64,000 nt of DNA. It comes from Tubiluchus corallicola (taxonomy: Eukaryota > Animalia > Priapulida). The notes under the pieces were generated by a model that saw nothing but the letters and a program-made list of their open reading frames with translations, searched no databases and was not told the origin of the DNA. Both the position numbers and the translations under genes were made by a program. The DNA is taken from assembly GCA_030141605.1 (NCBI GenBank), contig JAQGDQ010000183.1, positions 238,241 through 302,240 of the forward strand, in the 5' to 3' direction. Shown piece after piece: positions 11,327 to 21,350 of this stretch (positions within the stretch are counted from its first letter, which is position 1; each line of letters starts with the position of its first letter).

Positions 11327-13175
11327 ATTCAGACAGCGTGAAAGCAATAGTATAATATAATACAATTATTTTTCATTTTTATGGATCATAATTTCCACAT
11401 GAAACTCAAGTATTTATCAGCAGCGCAACAACAGTGACTTTCGAGGCAAATTGAGTGTCACACGTTACTTTCCGCAGGTGTGCGAGCTCTTCAAAGAGGA
11501 ATTAACAGTGGCAGACACGCAGACAGACAACTCCAAATTCAACAGTGCGAAATGATATTAAACTAATGTAAGAACTTTAGTCGCTCAGTTGCTAATGCTA
11601 TCAGACAGGCAGGAAGGATTCAGAATGTCGAAAATTTAATAATAATCGTTGCATGGGGTCGCGTGGCAGCAGCTATATGCGTCGTTAGGCAACGGAGCGC
11701 ATCGATGTTAAAATCGTATTGAGAATCGAGGGTTGAATTTTCGTCACGCGATCATGTTAAGAAGTGAGACCGCCGCGTGGCAAGAATGTTGTCAGACATG
11801 GTCTGTCACTTTTACGTGAAGCGAATCACTGGTTCTCGTGGTGAGTTGGAAATTGTATAATTAAGAAAACATTCAGCACACTGTGATTATCTACTCAGCT
11901 AGGAAAAATATTTTGCTTGACATATTTAGCCATTGGTTTTGGTTTTGTTTTAACTTTTACTGCCGAGAAACGAAGGGTTTGACAATTACTTAAGAAAATC
12001 AGATTGACACATTGATATATCAAAATGTAAAGATAATTTTAACTAACATTAGTTATTATTGTTCTGACGGGTAAAAAAGTGGATGACGACCAAAGATCAG
12101 GCTCTGCTTTAGGTAATACCGCGTCATCATCATCATCATCGTTGGATACAGTTGACAAAAAATAAAGAAACCCAGAAATTAATCATGTTCGGCGAGGTGT
12201 GAGTAGACTGTCTGTTACACGTGCTAATGGTCAGTCCGTGCTAACAATCGTGCTCGGCGGTGTGTGCGCGTGTGAGTAGACTGTATGTTGCACGATGCGA
12301 CCACATTGGATGAAGCGAAGGAGGCTTTTCGGCGACGACTCAGAAATTAATCATGCTCGGCGACGCGTGGTGACGCTCGTGCTAAAGGTTGGGCCATGCT
12401 AACAATCGTGCTCGGCGGTGTGTGCGCGTGTGAGTAGACTGTATGTTGCACGATGCGACCGCATTGGATGGAGCGAAGAAGGCTTTTTCGGTGACGGCAT
12501 CCATCCATCTCGGATAAAGGTAGGATAAAATTTTTAAAAATTGTATCGCAACTTAGACGCGCATAAAAGAACATTCTAACCCGGATGAGGGTGGGGTAAA
12601 ATTTTTAAAAATTGCAAGGCAATTTAGACTCGCATAAAAGAACATCCTAACCATTTAACGACGACGACGAGACTGCTGCACGTGGGTAGAGAAATCTTTT
12701 AGCCCATTATCTAGCTAGCGGCCAGCTAGGCGGCGAGAGTCGATTACCGGATTAGCCACAATTAGGGTGGAGCAAGCAAAGTGCGCAGCGAGCGCGTGTC
12801 GAACGGACGACTGCATTTACCGCGGAGGGGGGTGTTCTCGCCGGGCGCACCCCCCCCAAAACGTGCGCGAGTCCCAACCGTCACTCCTAATCCTTAAATC
12901 GAGCACTTAACTAGCGCAACAATAGACCCACTTCACTTTTTTTAGGGGGTGATTTTTGTTCCCACCCCCGGCAGTCGAGGGGGGCGTGGCCCGTCGACCA
13001 ACCGTCACTCCTAATCCTTAAATTGGTCACTTAACTAGCACGACAATAGAGCCACTTCACTTTTTTAGGGGTGTTTCCGGATTTTCACACTTTTTTAGGG
13101 GTGTTTTTCCCCACCCCCCCGGGGAAATCCCCACCCCCCGGGGAAATCGGCCAGAGGCAAAACATCTATACTACT
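11327..13175 (-). repeat. Right arm of large inverted repeat
   Basis: Reverse complement of 7588-9448. Confidence 0.95.
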
Positions 13176-13435
13176 AGCCTATTCAGTAATTTAATTCTTG
13201 CAGTTTCAGAATTTACTGAAATAGAAAGTGGCTAATTCTCCAGTTTGTATGTGATTTGTTCTACAAAGTGAACTACAAGTTCAAAACCGACCAAGAATTG
13301 GAGAGACGAGTATAAGTAAATTTTTGCTTAATGCCAGAAAACACAGATAGGCGCAGAAACTGAGTAAGTAAACGGATTTTCGTTTTACTAACCCGTGTTT
13401 GATAGAATGCCTCGTTGCTCGGCTTCGTTTGTATC

Positions 13436-13648
13436 TGTTCTTCGTATCCTTTGCGAATTTCTCTCAGCGCATTGGACAGTTCGTTGTGGAAGATATTGCG
13501 ATACATAGTTCTTCGTATTCTTTGTGAATTTCTCTCAGCGCATTGGACAGTTCGTTGTGGAAGATATTGCGATACATAGTTCTTCGTATTCTTTGCGAAT
13601 TTCTCTCAGCGTATTGGACAGTTCGTTGTGGAAGATATTGCGATACAT
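13436..13648 (-). repeat. 71-bp exon-derived tandem repeat x3 (x2 more at 15410-15551)
   Basis: Minus-strand ATG starts at 13506, 13577 and 13648, and at 15480 and 15551; the unit encodes MYRNIFHNELSNALREI(R/H)KEYEE. Confidence 0.95.
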
Positions 13649-13909
13649 ATATATATATTAATTCTTTATTTGTCATTAAAATGGTTCACTCATTGTAATA
13701 AAATTGAGTAAGCCTCAACGTAATGTTAAAATAACCACACTGTTCAAGACAAATGCGTCCAGTGCAGGCTAAAAAAAACTAAAGTGCAAAATTAAGGCCT
13801 AATTATATACAATAAATGAACATATTTACAAACACCATATTAAAATATTTTCACAAAACAATATTACAAACGTACATTAAATTTTACATGACATATTTTA
13901 CACTATATA

Positions 13910-14879
13910 CCGTAAAACGGGGTGAGTTCGCCACTTTTTAGGGGTATTTTTTACGTTTCCTGCCATAGCAAGAGAATTACCCAACCGATTTTCTTAGTTC
14001 AAGCTTTATATTGCCTTTCGAATGAAACACTATCGTGGGGTGAATTCGCCACCAACAATTTAACACTGTTTAATGCCATTCTAGGCAGCTGAAGTTAACT
14101 GGTTGTGATTGGCTGGTTGGGGGTGAGTTCGCCACCCTATGAAAAAATTATGAAAAATGTCTAGTTTTAGTTTTCAAATAGAAATTTCTACGTTGGCAAG
14201 GAAGGCTTGAACGTCTTGTGCACTGATCTTGTCGCGGGCGCCCTTGATGTTGCCAGCCATTCTGAAAACCAGATTGTTCCTTCGGGCGAATGATTTGACA
14301 AAGTCTATTCCAGGGGTGTTTGGCTTGAATCGTCGTTCCTGAACTCCCTTCGCGTCAAGAACACTCTTAATCAGTAGTCGGAGATCGATGGCAGTCATTG
14401 GGAACCCCCACTCAGCGGTCACTTGGAGTGTTGGCGATTTCGTGCTCCTCGGCGGCGGAGAACACTGGCTGACCTCCGGTCTTCCGCGGATGACTTCCTG
14501 AGAGTTTGTCAGCAAGGGTCTTTCTTGGAACCCCGAATTGTCTCGCCGCTGCGCTGATTGTCCTGTTGTTATTCTTGACGGCATGTAGGGCAGCTTCCAG
14601 AGCTTCTGGGGTATAATTTTGGTATCTATGACCCGATACAGGGGTGCAGGTGCGTGGCATGTTAAGTAGCAAGAAATAGTACACAAATAATATGTAGCGC
14701 AGAATGGAATACTTCTAGTGCGAATTGAAAGAAGATGACTGTCGCAAGCTGTTTATAATGACGGTGATCATGATATCTGTTCATTAAACACTGAACAATA
14801 GTTACAGCGAACCTACAATGGCCATTACGTAAGGGGTGGCGAACTCACCCTCGGGTGGCGAACTCACCCCGTTTTACGG
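13910..14879 (-). mobile_element. Internally deleted pogo-like (Tc1/mariner-type) DNA transposon, 970 bp
   Basis: Perfect 25-bp TIRs ccgtaaaacggggtgagttcgccac, TA TSD (13908-9 and 14880-1), extra subterminal copies of the TIR core near 14037, 14119 and 14836. Confidence 0.9.
14174..14660 (-). pseudogene. Truncated, frameshifted pogo-like transposase (psq-HTH and CENP-B HTH, no DDE domain)
   Basis: YTPEALEAALHAVKNNNRTISAAARQFGVPRKTLADKL...GQPVFSAAEE, a frameshift near 14430, then AEWGFPMT...PGIDFVKSFARRN. Confidence 0.85.
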
Positions 14880-15301
14880 TATACATTTGACTTGACACAA
14901 TTAACAGAAACATGCTTTACATTACATAAATTTCACTCATTACATTTGCACTATTTATACATTTGACATAACAAAACTGACATAACACGTATTACATTAC
15001 ATAATTTTTAAAAAAAAATCATTTTTAATCGTTATATGGAGTCAGGGGCGGGGGTACATGAAAGTGGAGTCTGTGTAATTAGTATCAGATGCACAATCTG
15101 GAAGTTGAAACCTGTTATATTGATATTCTTTTAATTTCTTTTTAAAGTGGTGGAGAGATTCTATTCGTTTTATTTCACTGGGTAGTAAGTTCCATAAATG
15201 TTTGGCCTGTTTTGATATAGAGTTGTTTCCAAATTTATTGTTTACTGTAATTTGCTTTAAATTGTATGTTCTAGTGTTTAAAGTGGTATCAGGAATGAAT
15301 G

Positions 15302-15881
15302 CTAAGGGATTGTTTATAAATGGAATGCTCAGTTTATTGATATATTTATAAAGAAATATCAGTGTTTTGTAATCTCGATGGGCTTCTAATATTGGTATTT
15401 TATTCGTATAGTTCTTCGTATTCTTTGTGAATTTCTCTCAGCGCATTGGACAGTTCGTTGTGGAAGATATTGCGATACATAGTTCTTCGTATTCTTTGTG
15501 AATTTCTCTCAGCGCATTGGACAGTTCGTTGTGGAAGATATTGTGATACATACCGCCGTCGTCCTTCATCAGTGATTCCAACAATTCCCCGCAGTTCCTG
15601 TCACAAACAGAATGTTGTTATTTTCCCACGATAGATGGCGAAACAAAGCAAGCGTGAAAACCATGAACAAATTCCATAAACGACAGCGCAAACAGCAAAG
15701 AAAAATTAATAATATTGTTGTCGTATAAAACATGTGATTTTAATTTAACTGAGAGTAATCTGGATCGAATTATTTGTTCTAACATAAATTGGGTAGATCA
15801 GTATTTAAGAAATCCTGGCATTTCTCTACAATAAGTCGTTTTTATTTAGACTAAGTATATGGAATGTCAAAGTGAATTTAA
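15302..15881 (+). repeat. Local duplication unit; second copy is 19611-19646 joined to 30300-30775
   Basis: Near-identical sequence (LINE 5' end, IF exon start and intron); the second copy is split by the Gypsy element and has one 71-bp unit instead of two. Confidence 0.9.
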
Positions 15882-16045
15882 TAATCATTTATGAATATTA
15901 ATAAATGAATTATGAATATAAATAAATCAATGTTGAATAGTCATAATTCATATATCAGCATTTAAAATAAGCGTTAAATTCCCACTTTGGCGTTCCATAT
16001 AAGTAAGCTTAACCATTGCTTTACTTTTAAATACTATTTTGTAAA

Positions 16046-19000
16046 CGTGGCGCAAAAACGAACAGTTTGCACTGTCACGAAACTGCGATAGTAACTGTTA
16101 CGACGGGCATGTATAGAACAGACAATGTGGCGCAAAAACGATAAGTTTGCACTGTCACAAAACTGTGATAGTAACAGTTACGACGGGCACATATAGAACT
16201 GACAATGCGGCGCAAAAGCGATCAGTTTGTACTGTCACGAAACTGTGATGGTAACTGTTATGACGGGCAAATATAGAACAGACAATGTGGCGCAAAAACG
16301 ATAGGTTTGCACTGTCACGAAACTGTGATAGTAACTGTTACGACGGGCAGATATAGAACTGACAATGCGGCGCAAAAACGATCAGTTTGCAGTGCTACAG
16401 AACTGCGATAGTAACTGTTACAACGGGCACATATAGAATTGACAATGTGGCGCAAAAACAATCAGTTTGCAGTGTCACGAAACTGTGATAATAGCTGCTA
16501 CGACGGGCAGATATAGAACTGACAATGTGGAGCGAAAACGATCAGTTTGCACTGTCACGAAACTGTGATAGTAACTGTTACGACGGGCACATATAGAACT
16601 GACAATGTGGCGCGAAAACGATCTGTTTGCACTGTCACAAAACTGTGATAGTAACTGTTACGACCGGCACATACAGAACTGACAATGTGGCGCAAAAACG
16701 ATCAGTTTGCACTGTCACGAAACTGTGATGGTAACTGTTATGATGGGCACATATAGAACTGACAATGTGGCGCAAAAACGATCAGTTTGCAGTGTCACGA
16801 AACTGCGATAATAGCTGCTACGACGGGCAGATATAGAACCGACAATGTGGAGCGAAAACGATCAGTTTGCACTGTCACGAAACTGTGATAGTAACTGTTA
16901 CGACGGGCACATATAGAACTGACAATGTGGCGCGAAAACGATCAGTTTGCACTGTCACAAAACTGTGATAGTAACTGTTACGACCGGCACATACAGAACT
17001 GACAATGTGGCGCAAAAACGATCAGTTTGCACTGTCACGAAACTGTGATGGTAACTGTTACAACGGGCACATATAGACATGACAATGTGGCGCAAAAACG
17101 ATCAGTTTGCAGTGTCACGAAACTGTGAGAATAGCTGCTACGACGGGCAGATATAGAACTGACAATGTGGAGCGAAAACGATCAGTTTGCACTGTCATGA
17201 AACTGTGATAGTAACTGTTACGACGGGCACATATAGAACTGACAATGTGGCACGAAAACGATCAGTTTGCACTGTCACAAAACTGTGAGAATAGCTGCTA
17301 CGACGGGCAGATATAGAACTGACAATGTGGAGCGAAAACGATCAGTTTGCACTGTCACGAAACTGTGATAGTAACTGTTACGACGGGCACATATAGAACT
17401 GACAATGTGGCACGAAAACGATCAGTTTGCACTGTCACAAAACTGTGATAGTAACTGTTACGACCGGCACATACAGAACTGACAAAGTGGCGCAAAAACG
17501 ATCAGTTTGCAGTGTCACGAAACTGTGATGGTAACTGTTACGACGGGCACATATAGAACTGACAATGTGGCGCAAAAACGATCAGTTTGCACTGTCACGA
17601 AACTGTGATGCTAACTGTTACGACGGGCACATATAGAACTGACAATGTGGCGCAAAAACGATCAGTTTGCACTGTCACGAAACTGTGATAGTAACTGTTA
17701 CGACGGGCACATACAGAACAGACAATGTGGCGCAAAAACGATAAGTTTGCACTGTCACAAAACTGTGATAGTAACAGTTACGACGGGCACATATAGAACT
17801 GACAATGTGGCGCAAAAGCGATCAGTTTGCACTGTCACGAAACTGTGATAGCAACTGTTACGACGGGCACATATAGAACTGACAATGTGGCGCAAAAACG
17901 ATCAGTTTGCACTGTCACAAAACTGTAATAGTAACTGTTATGACGGGCAGATATAGAACTGACAATGTGGCGCAAAAACGATCAGTTTGGACCGTCACAA
18001 AACTGTGATAGTAACAGTTACGACGGGCAGATATAGAACTGACAATGTGGCGCAAAAACGATCAGTTTGGACTGTCACAAAACTGTGATAGTAACTGTTA
18101 TGACGGGCAGATATAGAACTGACAATGTGGCGCAAAAACGATCAGTTTGGACCGTCACAAAACTGTGATAGTAACAGTTACGACAGGCAGATATAGAACT
18201 GACAATGTGGCGCAAAAACGATCAGTTTGGACTGTCACGAAACTGTGATGGTAACTGTTATGACGGGCACATATAGAACTGACAATGTGGCGCAAAAACG
18301 ATCAGTTTGCAGTGTCACGAAACTGTGATAATAGCTGCTACGACGGGCAGATATAGAACTGACAATGTGGAGCGAAAACGATCAGTTTGCACTGTCACGA
18401 AACTGTGATAGTAACTGTTACGACGGGCACATATAGAACTGACAATGTGGCGCGAAAACGATCAGTTTGCACTGTCACAAAACTGTGATAGTAACTGTTA
18501 CGACCGGCACATACAGAACTGACAATGTGGCGCAAAAACGATCAGTTTGCACTGTCACGAAACTGAGATGGTAACTGTTACGACGGGCACATATAGACAT
18601 GACAATGTGGCGCAAAAACGATCAGTTTGCAGTGTCACGAAACTGTGATAATAGCTGCTACGACGGGCAGATATAGAACTGACAATGGGGAGCGAAAACG
18701 ATCAGTTTGCACTGTCACAAAACTGTGATAGTAAGTGTTACGACGGGCACATATAGAACTGACAATGTGGCGCGAAAACGATCAGTTTGCACTGTCACAA
18801 AACTGTGATAGTAACTGTTACGACCGGCACATACAGAACTGACAATGTGGCGCAAAAACGATCAGTTTGCACTGTCACAAAACTGTGATAGTAACTGTTA
18901 CGACCGGCAGATATAGAACTGACAATGTGGCGCAAAAACGATCAGTTTGCACTGACACGAAACTGTGATGGTAACTGTTACGACGGGCACATATAGAACT

Positions 19001-19610
19001 GACAATGTGGCGCAAAAACGATAAGTTTGCACTGTCACGAAACTGTGATAGTAACTGTTACGACGGGCACATATAGAACAGACAATGTGGCGCAAAAACG
19101 ATAAGTTTGCACTGTCACAAAACTGTGATAGTAACAGTTACGACGGGCACATATAGAACTGACAATGTGGCGCAAAAGCGATCAGTTTGCACTGTCACGA
19201 AACTGTGATAGTAACTGTTACGACGGGCACATATAGAACTGACAATGTGGCGCAAAAACGATCAGTTTGCACTGTCACAAAACTGTAATAGTGACTGTTA
19301 TGACGGGCAGATATAGAACTGACAATGTGGCGCAAAAACGATCAGTTTGGACTGTCACAAAACTGTGATAGTAACTGTTATGACGGGCAGATATAGAACT
19401 GACAATGTGGCGCAAAAACGATTAGTTTGGACCGTCACAAAACTGTGATAGTAACAGTTACGACGGGCAGATATAGAACTGACAATGTGGCGCAAAAACG
19501 ATCAGTTTGGACTGTCACAAAACTGTGATAGTAACTGTTATGACGGGCAGATATAGAACTGACAATGTGGCGCAAAAACGATCAGCTTGCAGTGTCACGA
19601 AACTGCGATG
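16046..19610. repeat. 80-bp satellite array, about 44 copies
   Basis: Unit gacaatgtggcgcaaaaacgatcagtttgcactgtcacgaaactgtgatagtaactgttacgacgggcacatatagaact; register conserved throughout, no spacers. Confidence 0.97.
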
Positions 19611-19646
19611 CTAAGGAATTGTTTATAAATGGAATGCTCAGTTTAT

Positions 19647-20982
19647 TGTGGTGAATAAATTTATAAATCGATGATTTTCGATATTTTGGTATGAAGTCGC
19701 CTGCCTCCCTGATTGCATGAATAAATTTACAGATGGTGCAATAGGAAACTCACTCAGCTGAAAAGCTCGAATTTAATGAACTGTAAAAAGCGTAGGTTGT
19801 AAGAAGTAAACTTAGCGTTTACGTAAGGACACTCTAAGATGCTCAGGATAATTAGCTAATATTAAGTTGAGACGGATGTACCGTTTATAATGAGCGATAT
19901 GCACAAATTGCTAGTAATTAACGAAAACTCTGCGAGGTCATTGTTTCTTGAAGAAAGAAGACGGATACGTTTTACGGGCATATGATGACTATGTCCTCCG
20001 ACTTGTCCCATAAATTTTGAAATTTCATGCGACGTTCTTAAATGTTGCATGCGACGTTGCAATCGTGCAAGGTTACTGCAAGGTTACTTCAATGAAATAT
20101 AAGCCCCGGGTTCGAATAACCCAGCGCTAGTTCCAGCCAGTATCACTCGATCGTACTGGAACAAGACATGTGAGTGTGTGCGGGAAATCACACGAGGAGG
20201 GCTATTTGACAAACGAGACGACTTGGGAAGTTCAGCGTAGACATCTTTCTGCGTTCCTAGGATAATCTAGGCACTGGGCAACGAGAAGTCTTATATCAAC
20301 TATCGGAGTTGACCATATTGTACTGGGTACATTGGGTCAATCCGCAGAGTTAAGTAATCTTAACATATTGGTAAACTGAGAATTAACTGTGCATATCGGT
20401 AGTTCGCATAAGTTCACATTGTACTATAGATAGGATAAGTGTAAAGTGTACACCTTAGGTGATAGGAATTGAAGAATTGTTCAGAGAGATACTTTTGGAA
20501 AGCTATCAAAATAGTTGTACGCGTCAAAAGCGCTTTTAAGCTTAAAAGGACTAAATCTTGTAAGCTATCTAGAAGCAGTAATTATTGTAAATCAATAAAG
20601 CAATTCTCTTTGACATTTAACGATTGAATTAATGTATGTTATCAGAGTGTTTAACTCAAGCAACACTATTTCCGATATACGAATCTGATTAGTTCGCTTT
20701 GAATTAACTAGCGCTCATATTGCGGGAGCGTCGCTAGGAAACTTGAGAGAAATAGACCTTTCTCAGAACGCGAAGGTCAAGGTGAAGTTTAGATAAGACG
20801 ATCATTGCTTACTAGACTGATATCCAAAGCTCTCAGAGTCAGGTGAAGAGTTCACCTTATAGCAATTAGAAATTAAGTGGACATATTAAATTCAATCTAT
20901 ACGATATATAGATTTAAGTCACCTTACACTATACGATCAAGATTAACGGAAACAATAGGCATTTAAATTAAGAAAGGTGATA
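19647..20982 (+). repeat. 5' LTR (1336 bp), TG...TA
   Basis: Direct repeat of 29402-30295 apart from 22-bp and 420-bp segments absent from the 3' copy. Confidence 0.95.
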
Positions 20983-20984
20983 AC

Positions 20985-20995
20985 TGGTGCCGTGA
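20985..20995 (+). promoter_or_regulatory. Primer-binding site, tRNA-His type
   Basis: TGGTGCCGTGA 2 nt after the 5' LTR, complementary to the 3' end of tRNA-His (...UCACGGCACCA). Confidence 0.8.
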
Positions 20996-21350
20996 TCGCA
21001 GATTTTAGTGTTTTGCTATTTAATATTTGCAATCTTTTGTAACTTTGTAATTAAGGTTCGGAATTTTGTAAACATTGTGAACTTGTTATATACGATAAGT
21101 ACGTTATTCTCAGGAAACGCGACTATAAACGCAACTGCAGCTGAGAGTGAAAGTTAGAGCAAGCCTTGAGGATATTCGACAATTGGAAAGTAATTACCGC
21201 CCTGGTAACGGATCTGAAGGCAGCACCAGAACGACGTTGGAACCCCCTCAACCAATTGGTGAGTGGTTTTTGTATTGTCAAAGGTGTTAACAGCCTGTGG
21301 TAAATTGAAACTATGATTTGTGAAGATTGCTGAAAGAGCAAACGTAAAAT

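Larger units (their letters stand above)
7588..13175. mobile_element. Foldback structure with ~1.85-kb inverted arms and Polinton/Maverick-like termini, non-coding
   Basis: 7588-9448 is the reverse complement of 11327-13175. Ends are AGTAGTAGAGATG...CATCTATACTACT, with GC-rich subterminal repeats carrying CCACGCCCC motifs. No TSD (cacgta vs agccta). The inverted repeat is certain; the Polinton assignment is inference. Confidence 0.6.
13649..15409 (-). mobile_element. 5'-truncated CR1/L2-like LINE (ORF2 C-terminus plus 3'UTR) inserted in the IF exon
   Basis: Minus strand 15409-15110 reads KTLIFLYKYINKL...KFGNNSISKQAKHLWNLLPSEIKRIESLHHFKKKLKEY (WN.LP...FK..LK signature); AATAAA and a (TA)n tail at about 13650-13670. 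Confidence 0.8.
13393..15597 (-). pseudogene. Disrupted intermediate-filament (IF/lamin family) rod exon
   Basis: Acceptor tttgtgacag|GAA at 15597 and donor CGG|gttagt at 13393. Reconstruction after removing one G: ELRELLESLMKDDGGMYRNIFHNELSNALREIRKEYEEQIQTKPSNEAFYQTR, matching the L12/coil-2 IF pattern (F.NEL..A.R.IR.EY; E..Y..R/K before the intron). Split by a LINE and 71-bp repeats. Confidence 0.75.

Noticed and set aside
16046-19610. CRISPR-like array
   Set aside because: Units are head-to-tail with no unique spacers, there are no cas genes, and the context is eukaryotic; the same applies to the other arrays.
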